DNA from: an uncultured bacterium
GTDB lineage: Bacteria; CAYUVA01
Length of the DNA stretch: 62,858 nt
Direction: 5' to 3'
Assembly (NCBI GenBank): GCA_964448115.1
Contig: CAYUVA010000022.1
Span: 1-62,858 of the forward strand
A model generated the notes under the pieces. That model was not told the origin of the DNA and did no database searches. It saw only the letters and a list, made by a program, of their open reading frames with translations. This document shows, one piece after another, positions 40,230-50,274 of the stretch; within the stretch, counting starts at the first letter, position 1, and each line of letters begins with the position of its first letter. Both the position numbers and the translations under genes were made by a program.

Positions 40230-41576
40230 ATGGCAAGAAGATCTTTTATGTGGGGAGCCATTATGGCTCTGATGTTCACGGTCATGGCTGGAAGCGCTTA
40301 TGCGGGCGGCTTCTATCTCCCCGAGATAGGCACCCGCTCGACCTCTTATGGGGTCGCATTCGTTGCCCGCTCCGATGACCTAACTGCAATTGTCCACAAC
40401 CCGGCTGGCATGACCCAGCTAAAAGGGTGGCACTTTACGCTGCAACCGCAGTACTGGATGACCTCAGCATCTTATGAGGGTGCACCAGAGGCTACCGGCT
40501 ATCCGGGTGGAACCCCAGGAGAGTGGGAGAAAGAGGAAGTCTCCGACAGCACTTTTGTACCCTTTGCCGGGCTTTCCTATGGCATGGACAAGGTAACCGT
40601 CGGGTTGGGGATCTATCCTCGCTACGGGCTGATGAGCGAATGGCCAGATGATGGCTTCCAGCGCTTTACAGTGGTTGAGATCGGCTTCCGGACCATCTTC
40701 ATCTCACCATCGGTCGCCTACGAGGTCGCCAAGGGGCTATCCATCGGCGCTACCTTCAGCTATGTGATGCTCGATGGAAAGATCAAGAAGATGAAATACC
40801 TATTGGTAAAAGAAGACATGTTCGAGCTTACCGGGGATGGCTCTGCAATGACCATGCAACTGGGAACCCGATACGAGATGGACAAGATGACCTTCGGATT
40901 GTCCTACCAGTTCCCTACCGAGATTACCCTTGAGGGTGATGCTGAGCTGGATGGCTTGAATGACCCCACCATACAGGCGATTACCGGCAAGTACTACACC
41001 GGGATCGATACCGGCGAGCTGGATCTATCGCTTCCTGGCATCCTGGCTGTCGGATTCATGTACAACCTGACCGATGAGCTTTCCTTGGAGCTTGATGTCA
41101 ACTGGATCCAGAACTCCATTTTCCGTGAATATACGGTTGACTTTGCCGGCGACGAAGAGGATCGAGGAGAAGAGGCTACCGAGGATAATCCAGCTACCTT
41201 CCCCAAGGATACCACCCTCAAGAAGAGGTGGAAGGACTCTTATGCGATCAGGCTCGGCGGACAATATGAATTCAGCAATAAGCTCTGCTTCCGCGGCGGC
41301 GTCCTGTTCGATAAGTCCCCCATCCCAGACGATAGGCTTGATGCCACAACAATCGATACCGACAAGGTTGGAATAGGGCTTGGCTTGGGGCAAAAGCTGG
41401 GAGAAAGAATGACCATCGATTACGCATACATGCACATCTTCTACTCTGAGGGCGAGGTTACCGACAGCGCATATCCAGAGGATACAGCCGAGGAGACAGT
41501 GCCTGATCAATCGACCAACGGCAAGTACAACCACGCCGTGGACATGTTCTCCATTGCTCTTACCTATCATTTTTAG
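40230..41576 (+). CDS. OmpP1/FadL family outer-membrane long-chain fatty acid/hydrophobic compound transporter
   Basis: Signal peptide AYA-GGF, AFVARSDD..AIVHNPAG, WKDSYAIRLG, DKSPIPD and C-terminal YHF. RBS GAGGAGGT. Confidence 0.9.
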   Translation: MARRSFMWGAIMALMFTVMAGSAYAGGFYLPEIGTRSTSYGVAFVARSDDLTAIVHNPAGMTQLKGWHFTLQPQYWMTSASYEGAPEATGYPGGTPGEWEKEEVSDSTFVPFAGLSYGMDKVTVGLGIYPRYGLMSEWPDDGFQRFTVVEIGFRTIFISPSVAYEVAKGLSIGATFSYVMLDGKIKKMKYLLVKEDMFELTGDGSAMTMQLGTRYEMDKMTFGLSYQFPTEITLEGDAELDGLNDPTIQAITGKYYTGIDTGELDLSLPGILAVGFMYNLTDELSLELDVNWIQNSIFREYTVDFAGDEEDRGEEATEDNPATFPKDTTLKKRWKDSYAIRLGGQYEFSNKLCFRGGVLFDKSPIPDDRLDATTIDTDKVGIGLGLGQKLGERMTIDYAYMHIFYSEGEVTDSAYPEDTAEETVPDQSTNGKYNHAVDMFSIALTYHF

Positions 41577-41602
41577 GTAAGCTAAATAAGGACGAAAACA
41601 AC

Positions 41603-41644
41603 GGGCGAGGGAGAATGCGTACCAAATGCACCCCTCGCCCTTTT
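41603..41644 (+). terminator. Rho-independent terminator after the FadL-like gene
   Basis: GGGCGAGGG...CCCTCGCCC 9-bp stem followed by TTTT. Confidence 0.7.
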
Positions 41645-41654
41645 AATTAAGCAA

Positions 41655-43139
41655 TCACGGTCGCCTTCCTTCAATGTAATCTAATAGCGTCTCCTTGATC
41701 GTTTCATCAAGCCTAGAGAGGTGGTTATACTTCAATAAAAGGATATCATCCTGGAAAAACAAGACGCCGTAATTGCCTAATTCCAGGTCGGCATATAAGG
41801 ATCTATAAAAGTCGCCCTTGCGATACTCCTCGTAGGTCCATCTCGGATCGCTAAGATCGACCAGAATGTACTCTGGTTCAAGGCGCAGTGCGACACGGTG
41901 CTGGTAAACCTCGATATTTCGCCGACTGGAGAGGTGGGCTGCAAAGCTGTTGATTGCGGCTACTGAGCTATCAGGGGGGACCAGGCTGATGGCATTATTA
42001 GCAGCGTTTTGATTGTCTCTCGCCTGGAGCGGTTTTTCTCTCAAAGGGGAAATCATGCAAAATATAAAGCTCAATGTGGAACAAATAAATACTAGGATAA
42101 CAATTATTCTAACTGTGATTTGTTTTTTATTTTTCAGAAAGCAAATTATCGAATAATATAATAATACAACGCTTGGAGATAAATAATGTAGCTTAAAAAG
42201 AACAAATCCGCCCATATTAGATATGTACTGAATAAAAAGGTAGGGTAATATGATAATAAATGAACCGGAAAGCAATGGTATAAATATAACAGGGAAAAGA
42301 TAATACAACAGGTGGGTTAACTTATATGTATTTGTTGCCGAGATAACAGAGCGTAAAGGATGGGATGCTAATTCCTTAGTTACTGATCCGATATCATCTC
42401 CCAGGAACTGAAATCGATCGATATGAGAATATGGAGCGCCTCGAAAATATGGAATGATATATTCTGTGCTAATAAAGAGATATGTAATTGACAAGATTAT
42501 CAACAAAAATGATATAATTTTTATCTTCTTAAATATAAGCAAATATATTCCAAAGCCTAAAACGAACAACGACATATCTTCTTTAACAAGCAATAATACA
42601 ATAATAAAAATACAGCTTAATATATAATTATTTTTCTCCATAAAATATAATGCCAAAGCGATTAAAATAACAGCTAAACAGGACTCATGAAAATCATATA
42701 AAATGGCATATATTAGTGATGGATGAAATTAATATGCAGTTGCCAAAAGAATCGCAAGCATATTATTATCGAAGACCCTCAATCCGATCTTAAACAACAA
42801 GACGGCAGGTAAAGCCATTAAAAATACTTGGATAATAAGTAACATATCAGGTGCAGGAAAGATCATATATAATGGAAGTAATAATATCAACGCTAACGAG
42901 AAATGCTCCCCCAGGAAATTTTTGAATGGATAAAACGATGTATTAAAAAGTCTTCCCTGGCTGCTATTCCAGAAAATCTGGTTGAATACGCCGAGATCGT
43001 AGGCAGTTGTCTTGAAATTATGATGTTGTTCTATCGTTATTAAAGAAAAAAATATAAAATAAGTAAAAATTATGAGACTGAACATAAATTTATTCTGCCC
43101 TATATTCCCCAAAAACGAACTCATTTTATCATAAATCAT
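41655..43139 (-). pseudogene. DUF2079-like (GT-C-type) membrane protein interrupted by one in-frame TAA
   Basis: YDLGVFNQIFWN and FLGEHFS in the 5' ORF. TAA at 42731-42729 is followed in the same frame by FHPSLIYAILYDFHE...LLVKED. The two ORFs are exactly 24 codons apart. Confidence 0.8.
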
Positions 43140-43162
43140 GATTACTTAATGATTTAGGTTCA

Positions 43163-43243
43163 TTATGTATACTTACCTAGCGCATAAGCGAAGGATACAA
43201 TACATAATGAAATCATCATTGATATCGCCAACCATATCTTCAT
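43163..43243 (-). CDS. 26-aa hydrophobic small ORF MKIWLAISMMISLCIVSFAYALGKYT
   Basis: Strong AGGAGGT RBS 5 nt upstream of ATG 43243. Too short for the ORF track. Confidence 0.5.
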   Translation of the reverse strand: MKIWLAISMMISLCIVSFAYALGKYT

Positions 43244-43346
43244 AACATACCTCCTATCATAATTTCATAATAATTTTCAAAAGAGCTGATCAAACACTAT
43301 CAATTACTAACAGATCAACTAAACAGTTCCTTTGCCTCTGTATTGC

Positions 43347-43530
43347 TTATAGGGTATAAATCTGGATCATTTCTCCACCAATGGCAGACAACGATCCTGA
43401 ATTTGTACCCAGACTAACTGAGGTAGGAGCTGATAAAGCACCAGCCGGAAAGGTAATAGAAACTCCGCTAAGCTCGGAGTTTGGTGGTCCAGTGATGGTG
43501 CCACCATATAAAACGCTTGAAAAATAGTAA
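43347..43530 (-). pseudogene. Start-less fragment of a ZU5-like surface-protein domain
   Basis: Reads GGTITGPPNSELSGVSITFPAGALSAPTSVSLG, matching the GGTI...G..I..P.GAL pattern. No in-frame start. Confidence 0.45.
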
Positions 43531-43567
43531 TGTTTAGCATACCTTGAGGCATTGAATTTCTATCTAT

Positions 43568-45919
43568 ATGAACAAGGATAACCGCTCTAACATAGCCGCT
43601 TCATTAACCAGCCTGATCTTTCGCCATAGATGGTTGATCCTGCTGATCTACATCGGTGGTTTGGCGCTGGGTATCTACATACTCCCCGATGTCAGCGTAC
43701 AAAGCGCCATAGATGATATGATGATAGAGGGCGATCCTGCCCTGGAGTCATATCGCCGATTGCACGATATCTTCGGCAAGGATTCGCTTATCGTGGTGGC
43801 GCTCAAGCCGCCAAAGGTCTTCGAGGAATCCTTTCTGCATAAACTCCAGTCGGTTACCGAGCGCATCGAGCAGCTATCCCAGGTCAAGCGCGCCATCAGC
43901 CTGACAAACGCTCCCTCGGTTATTGCAACAGAAGATGAGATCACCGTGGGAGCGATAATGGAGCAGGTACCATCGAATGCCCAAGAGATGCAAGACTTCA
44001 GGAAGCGTGTCTTCGCGGCGGATTACCTGGTCGATACCATCATATCAAAGGATGCCACGGTTACCTCGATCAATATCCAGGCGATAATCGAAGGGGACGA
44101 GGATCGCCAGCGAAAAAAGCTGGTCTCTGATGTGATCGATATCGTAGAGTCCGGCTTCGGCGAGGATGTCGAGTATCATCTATCCGGCGATATAGTGCTA
44201 ATCCGCAAGGTATCCATGAGCATCTCCAGGAACCTGGTTACCTTCGCGCCCTTGGCAGTGTTTATTCTTTTTGTGATGCTCCTGGTCATCTTCAGGCAGT
44301 TTTATGGCGCATTGATGCCAGTGGTAACCTTTGTATCAGCCATAACTGGAACATTGACCCTGATCACCCTGAGCGGCAATAGCTTGAATATAATCACTAC
44401 TATCCTTCCTCCGCTGCTCCTGGTTATCGGCACCACCAATGTAGTCCATTTCCTGGCTCGCTACCAGGAGGAATACGACAGCTATCACGAGAAACAGGCT
44501 GCATTGCATAGTGCGCTGGAGCATGTCATGTTCCCTTGCTTCTTGGCTTCGTTTACCACCGCGGTTGGCTTTTCATCGCTTATAATAAGCGATATCAAGC
44601 CGATTCGGCAGTTCGGCTACTATAGCGCCTTTGGCATCATGCTAGCTTATGTTATCGCCATGACTGTAGTGCCGGTGGTGATGCAATGGTTCCCCAAGCC
44701 GAGGCTGACCTTTAAGGTGATAAAGAGAAGGACTATGATTAGCCGCCTGCTGGATGGGGTGTCTCGCCTTAATGCAAGATATTATTGGAAGATAGCAGCC
44801 ATGACCTTTTTCGTTGTAATCATAATGGCTTGGGGCATATACTTTCTCAAGGTGGAGACTAATTTTCTGTCCTATTATTACAAGAATGATCCCATCAAGA
44901 TAGCCTTTGATTTTATCGAGACACATTTGACGGGCACGGCAACCATCGATCTGATAATCGAGGCTCAGGAGGATGACATGGTGAAGGAGCCTCGGTTGCT
45001 CAAGGCTGCTGACCGTTACATGAAGCGCGCGGTTGAGGAGATCCCGGAGCTGGATAAGTTCTTCTCCATAATCGACCTCATCAAGCAAATGAACAAGGCG
45101 ATGCATGGGGATGATCCCGCATATTATCGCATCCCGGATACACGAGCCGAGGTGAGCCAGTACTTGCTTTTATATGAGACCTCCGGCGAGGATGTAGATC
45201 TCGGTTTTCTAGTCGATTACAGCTATCGGAGAATGCACATGCAGGGGAGGCTGCATAATTGTAGCTCCAGGCGAATGGAGCATATAGCGGATACTTTAAG
45301 AGCTTATGCCAGGCAATTAGAGGCTGAATTGCCTGGTATCGATATGGAGGTAACCGGCACTTCTGCGCTCTTCGCTGCCATGGCGAACAACCTGGTTTAT
45401 AGCCAGATAAAGACCTTCGGCTTGGCAATGGTGCTTATAATCATTGTGATGACCGTTATGACCAGATCGGTTAGCGTCGGGCTTCTGGCAATGGTCCCTA
45501 ACATCGTTCCCCTGGCAATAACCTTCGGTGCCATGGGGTACATAGGCATTGCGCTTAATACTGCGACCAGCATGATAGCGAGCATAGCAATAGGCATAGC
45601 GGTGGATGACACCATACACTATTTAGTCAGGCATCGCCGCGAGTATGCTAAATTGGGGGATCATCATAGGGCGATGGACAGGGCATTGCATACGGTGGGA
45701 CGGGCTATGACCTATACAACGCTGGTAGTCGCTATCGGGTTCTCGGTGGTTGTACTATCGGACTACAAGCCATTTTTATACTTTGGCACCTTGATGTGCC
45801 TGACAATGTTTTCGGCTTTGCTGGGGGATATAGTCATTTTGCCCGTGCTCATCCTTATCTTCAAGCCGAGATTCAAGGGCAATACAATTCATCACGCAGA
45901 TGACAGACCCTCACCCTAA
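43568..45919 (+). CDS. MMPL/RND family transporter
   Basis: Two repeats of 1+5 TM with large periplasmic loops, plus ASFTTAVGFSSL and IGIAVDDTIHY motifs. Confidence 0.9.
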   Translation: MNKDNRSNIAASLTSLIFRHRWLILLIYIGGLALGIYILPDVSVQSAIDDMMIEGDPALESYRRLHDIFGKDSLIVVALKPPKVFEESFLHKLQSVTERIEQLSQVKRAISLTNAPSVIATEDEITVGAIMEQVPSNAQEMQDFRKRVFAADYLVDTIISKDATVTSINIQAIIEGDEDRQRKKLVSDVIDIVESGFGEDVEYHLSGDIVLIRKVSMSISRNLVTFAPLAVFILFVMLLVIFRQFYGALMPVVTFVSAITGTLTLITLSGNSLNIITTILPPLLLVIGTTNVVHFLARYQEEYDSYHEKQAALHSALEHVMFPCFLASFTTAVGFSSLIISDIKPIRQFGYYSAFGIMLAYVIAMTVVPVVMQWFPKPRLTFKVIKRRTMISRLLDGVSRLNARYYWKIAAMTFFVVIIMAWGIYFLKVETNFLSYYYKNDPIKIAFDFIETHLTGTATIDLIIEAQEDDMVKEPRLLKAADRYMKRAVEEIPELDKFFSIIDLIKQMNKAMHGDDPAYYRIPDTRAEVSQYLLLYETSGEDVDLGFLVDYSYRRMHMQGRLHNCSSRRMEHIADTLRAYARQLEAELPGIDMEVTGTSALFAAMANNLVYSQIKTFGLAMVLIIIVMTVMTRSVSVGLLAMVPNIVPLAITFGAMGYIGIALNTATSMIASIAIGIAVDDTIHYLVRHRREYAKLGDHHRAMDRALHTVGRAMTYTTLVVAIGFSVVVLSDYKPFLYFGTLMCLTMFSALLGDIVILPVLILIFKPRFKGNTIHHADDRPSP

Positions 45920-46063
45920 CCATCTCCCAGGGGAGTCTGTCTGAAAAAAAGACCAAAAATAGATTTGACAAGAAATAAAAAAATAATAAATTTATCATAA
46001 ATATGATGCCCCAAAGAGAAAGGAAAAGCAAATTCGTAAAAAAGTTCGATAAAACACCCCCTT

Positions 46064-47461
46064 ATGAATAAGGCACAAGATTACCTGTTTATCGCCTCGG
46101 TATTTCTGTTGGGTGTCGTGTTATATTCCCCTTTTGCCTTTGGCAAGTTCAATGATATGGAGGTAATCCGTTTTATATATCCTTTCAAGTTCAATCTTAT
46201 CGAGGATACCTTTAGGTGGATTTTTATCGACTCCTGTATAGGAGATGAGGCAATTCGTCCCTTCCCGTCGTTCTTATGGTTGCTGTTTTATAAACTTTTC
46301 GGCGCGCAGCCGTTCTGTTATTATTCCTTGTTACTGGTAGTTTTTTCGCTCAACGGCGCCTTGGTGTATATCTTGACCAACCGGCTATTAGGTATGCCAT
46401 CGGCTGGACTGCTCGCCAGCGCATACTTCATCACTCACCCGGTAAATCATGCCCTGCTCAAGTCGGCGATCTACTATACAGATGTCCTGGCAATGAGCTT
46501 CAGCATCCTATCGATATGCTCATATATCGCCTTTCGGGAAAGGAATAAGCAAAGAATAGCCCCAGCTATCGCCTCGATATCCTTCTTCGTCCTTGGGGTT
46601 GGCTGCAAGGAATCGGCATTGGTGGTACCGTTTATCTTGTTGGTTTATGAGCTTATATATCATCGTCCTGCTCCAAGGCTGTTAATTGGGAGATCATACT
46701 TACCCTTGCTGCTCAACTTCTGCCTATTTTTCCTATACATGATGTTTCGAGTCCAGATCATAGGGGGTCTTGGAAAGGATCACGATATCAGCGACCGCCT
46801 GATAGACTTAGAGCATGTAATACGCAACCTGCTATGGCTTTTAGGGGTGTGGTATTCCGACTCCTGGATTTGGTATCTGCTGTTGGCTAGCCTGTTGATT
46901 CCCCTTGTCCCCATATTTTCCGCTGAGCTACGGTTTTTTACAGCCTGGATATGGCTTGGGATGCTACCCACGCTGAATATGAGCGCCGAGCGTTATATAT
47001 ACCTATCTTCGGTCGGGTTAGCAGCCCTGGTCGCAATTGGCGTGATTAGATTGTCAAAGGTGATCCCGGGGAAAAGAAGTTGGCTTCAAAGGACTATCAA
47101 ATTAGCCTTCTTAATCATTATCCTGCTGATCAATATTTCTAATGATATAATGGATGAAGACATCAGGAGGGCTTTTTATATCAAGGGAGTAGCCAATAAC
47201 ATTGTCGATGAGACTCTGCGGGTTCTGCCCAGGGTTGAACCTAGAGAGCATATACACATCATAGTCGCCGATCCTGGGGCTTCGAGGATGCTCTTCTCAA
47301 AAAGATTAAAGGTATCTGATAAGTTGATAGAGGGCATGATAAAACTTCTCAAGGTCAGATACGGTGATGATACATTGAACATTAGAATTATGCCCCAAAG
47401 ACCAAAACGCCTCTTCAAAGCTGATCATACAATCGAGGTCAGATCGTTCGAGCAATTTTAG
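46064..47461 (+). CDS. Polytopic membrane protein, GT-C/TMTC-like
   Basis: 'IRP', 'HPVN', 'KESA' and 'AERYIYLSSVG' motifs typical of TMTC/GT39-like proteins. Confidence 0.7.
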   Translation: MNKAQDYLFIASVFLLGVVLYSPFAFGKFNDMEVIRFIYPFKFNLIEDTFRWIFIDSCIGDEAIRPFPSFLWLLFYKLFGAQPFCYYSLLLVVFSLNGALVYILTNRLLGMPSAGLLASAYFITHPVNHALLKSAIYYTDVLAMSFSILSICSYIAFRERNKQRIAPAIASISFFVLGVGCKESALVVPFILLVYELIYHRPAPRLLIGRSYLPLLLNFCLFFLYMMFRVQIIGGLGKDHDISDRLIDLEHVIRNLLWLLGVWYSDSWIWYLLLASLLIPLVPIFSAELRFFTAWIWLGMLPTLNMSAERYIYLSSVGLAALVAIGVIRLSKVIPGKRSWLQRTIKLAFLIIILLINISNDIMDEDIRRAFYIKGVANNIVDETLRVLPRVEPREHIHIIVADPGASRMLFSKRLKVSDKLIEGMIKLLKVRYGDDTLNIRIMPQRPKRLFKADHTIEVRSFEQF

Positions 47462-47472
47462 CTCAATCGAAA

Positions 47473-49164
47473 TCAAGGCTCTACATTTATATACGGCCAG
47501 AGATATCCATGACTCCCGGTCGGTGTATAGGGAAGCAGCTCTAGCAGGTATTCGCCGGGCGAAATCCCAGGCTCGATCCTGGCACCGAAGCCGTAGATTC
47601 CATCTCCGGCTGAATAATCGAAGTGCTCGCCATCATCATAAAGAAACACGCCGACTCCCTGAGCAAAGTAAAATATCTCCAGCGCCTCGATCCCCTCAGA
47701 CATAGCAGCGCCTAACATTACCAGGTAGCCGCCGTTCCGAGAGCTTATTATCGTATTACCGTACCCGGCAAGTTCTACCTTCAGGATTGGCGTTGGAGTA
47801 AGGGATGGATATGCGGTTTGGGTTGGTGTCGGAGTATGGGTATTGTATTCCGCCGGCGTGTTTGTGGGCGTAGGCGTTGGAGTTGGCGATGCCGTGTAAG
47901 TCGGGGTGCAAGTAGGATAAGATGGCGTATTCGTGGGAGTGGGAGTGCTAGTCGGAGTATAAGTAGGAACTGGCGTCGGCAAACCACTTTTGATTATCGT
48001 AAAATAATCGATGATATCTCCGGTTGGCACCCGCACAGCCTCGAACTCTAGTATCCCGAAAGGGCTTATGGAAAACCGACAATAATGGTAGGTCGCCTCG
48101 CGATGACAAGACCAATCGGGTTGATCCTCCCATTGTGGGTACAAGAGCCTCCCGCCGCCCCCGGAGACACAATATATAGTTCCCTGGGGATCCTCGTATT
48201 CATGCGTTTCGGTCGAGGTTACCTCTTCGTTATAGATCGGATAACTTCTCTCGTAAGCATGTTGATGACCATTCAATACGAAATCGACTCCATACTGGTC
48301 GAAAAGATGGCAAAATGCAGCCCGCACGCTCATGCTAGAAGGGTGTTTGCTCCCAGAGCAGTAGGGTTGCTTGTGGAAATAAGCGAATATCCAGTGGACA
48401 TCAGGATCTGAGGAGGCAGCCTCCAGGTCATCTTGCAGCCAGTTATATTGATCGGAGCCAATACTGTAATCCTCGCAGTGGGTATCCAATGATATGAAGT
48501 GTACCTGCCCCCAGTCGAAGCTGTAGTACCTCTCGTTTCCCGGCAACGCAAAGCGACCGAAGTAGCTGCTGAATTCAGGATCATCTTCCTCATGATTGCC
48601 TAATCCAGGAAAGGTTATCGACTTGGAAAATAGCTGATCAAAGAGGTTGAACCAACTATCCCAGACCGGTTGAATATTTGTGCTGCAAGCCAGATCCCCG
48701 GCGAGACAGGTAAAAGGTGGGTCCTCCAGGGCGGTCATCTCTGCTGTATATCTCGCCATGTTATATACGCCGGTATCGCTGAACATGCAGAATTCCAAGA
48801 ATTTCGCTCTATCTGGCGCAGTGATGAAAGAATGTTCTTCGCTCCATTTGCCCTGTTGACCACAGCGGAAAAAATATCGCGTATCCGCAGCGAGAGCTTC
48901 CAGCCGTACAAAACTGATATATCCGCTGAACCAGTTGGGTGTGCTTATCGATTCGCCGGTAGCAGTGTAGGGGTAGTAATTCGGAAAAGTACCGAACTTG
49001 ACCATGGGCACCGATGGCTCCTGGTCGGTCTTGAAGCTAATAGTAACTGTCTGCGAGGGATCGCCCTCGGTTGTGATGTAGATGTGTTCGATAGTAAGGC
49101 TAAAAGATGCACAAACTTGGAGGCTTAACAGGACTATGACCAATGATGTCAGCCTGGTGTTCAC
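47473..49164 (-). CDS. Secreted purple acid phosphatase family metallophosphoesterase with a Pro/Thr linker and C-terminal WPYL domain
   Basis: Signal peptide, FN3-like PAP N-domain, SDTG, GDL, GNHE, FHK and GHQHAYER motifs. About 60-aa PT linker. Confidence 0.88.
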   Translation of the reverse strand: MNTRLTSLVIVLLSLQVCASFSLTIEHIYITTEGDPSQTVTISFKTDQEPSVPMVKFGTFPNYYPYTATGESISTPNWFSGYISFVRLEALAADTRYFFRCGQQGKWSEEHSFITAPDRAKFLEFCMFSDTGVYNMARYTAEMTALEDPPFTCLAGDLACSTNIQPVWDSWFNLFDQLFSKSITFPGLGNHEEDDPEFSSYFGRFALPGNERYYSFDWGQVHFISLDTHCEDYSIGSDQYNWLQDDLEAASSDPDVHWIFAYFHKQPYCSGSKHPSSMSVRAAFCHLFDQYGVDFVLNGHQHAYERSYPIYNEEVTSTETHEYEDPQGTIYCVSGGGGRLLYPQWEDQPDWSCHREATYHYCRFSISPFGILEFEAVRVPTGDIIDYFTIIKSGLPTPVPTYTPTSTPTPTNTPSYPTCTPTYTASPTPTPTPTNTPAEYNTHTPTPTQTAYPSLTPTPILKVELAGYGNTIISSRNGGYLVMLGAAMSEGIEALEIFYFAQGVGVFLYDDGEHFDYSAGDGIYGFGARIEPGISPGEYLLELLPYTPTGSHGYLWPYINVEP

Positions 49165-49241
49165 TGCTTATTTGGTGATTACCAAAAAACCTAAGAATTT
49201 TCAAATCCAAATTCTCATGTTAGCCGGGATACCCTCCAACC

Positions 49242-49530
49242 TGTCATTCCGAGCGATTGAGCCTAAGTGAGCGAGTCGAGGAATCTCCCCCTATATTCCC
49301 CCTAAGTTTGGGAGTTTGTCTCAAAGTTTCCCAACATGTCATTACGAGGAGTCCCGGCAAGTCGGGACCGCGAAGCAATCTTCTTTATAATCGAATAGGC
49401 TCCATCTCTAATTCAAACATTACAACAATATACGCTATATGAGGCTATAATTTTTATCGCCACCAGGTCCCTCCATATCATTCCCGCATTTCCCTCTGCT
49501 GTCATTCCCGCCCTGCATCAAGGGCGGGGC
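49242..49530. repeat. Cluster of TGTCAT-initiated REP-like palindromic elements
   Basis: TGTCATTCCGAGCG..GAGGAATCTC (49242), TGTCATTACGAGGAGTCCCG..CGGGAC..CGAAGCAATC (49337), TATCATTCCCGC (49476) and TGTCATTCCCGCCCT..AGGGCGGG (49500). Confidence 0.7.
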
Positions 49531-49599
49531 AAACGCCGAAAGACCTTTATTTCGGAATTTTCAACAAGCAACTGGCATAAGGCAGAAACAAGTAAATTA

Positions 49600-50274
49600 T
49601 TATATCGGCTTGATTAGCGGCTGGTAGAGCTTCACCTTCTTGCCAACCTTGATAAGCATCTCCGCTGAATCGGGTGGAAAGATCAACAGCACCGTGGAGC
49701 CGATCAGAAACCTGCCCAGGATATCCCCCTGCGAGTAGCTCTCGCCAACCTGGTAATTTCGCTCTATGGCATTGACCGCGAAGGAGCCGATCATCGCGAT
49801 CAGCATGTTAAAGCCAAAGCGCGTTTTGTACTCGGTGGTCAATCTTTCATTCTTTATGTCAGCAGATCTGTAGAATATGACCGGCAAAGCGCTTCCCGGC
49901 GAATGAAGACTCCCTACCACTTCGCCGTTACAGGGGAAAATTACATAATGCAAATCCAATGGCGATAGGTACATCTTGGCGTAAAATCCCCCCAGATAAC
50001 GCTCGGCTACATCATGGTGCTTGACCAGCTCGCCGACGGTCAGGTAGCGCTTCCTGCCCCACAGCGACTTGTCCTCCACCAGCCCTGATGGCGAGATATG
50101 CTTTACGGATTGCAAGCGGGATTCGCATGGGGATACCAGAATATCAGGGTATTCCTTGATCTCTGGATTGTGATACTTCCTGAAGGTATGCCGAGGGCGC
50201 GAGAACCATTTATTAAGCTTCAGGCGATCGGCAGCATATTTCAAGTCAAAAAAGTTGAAGACTCCCATGATCAT
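49600..50274 (-). CDS. psd: Phosphatidylserine decarboxylase proenzyme
   Basis: WFSR, VSPCES, YLSPLDLH and the self-cleavage motif GRFLIGSTVLLIF. Confidence 0.85.
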   Translation of the reverse strand: MIMGVFNFFDLKYAADRLKLNKWFSRPRHTFRKYHNPEIKEYPDILVSPCESRLQSVKHISPSGLVEDKSLWGRKRYLTVGELVKHHDVAERYLGGFYAKMYLSPLDLHYVIFPCNGEVVGSLHSPGSALPVIFYRSADIKNERLTTEYKTRFGFNMLIAMIGSFAVNAIERNYQVGESYSQGDILGRFLIGSTVLLIFPPDSAEMLIKVGKKVKLYQPLIKPI

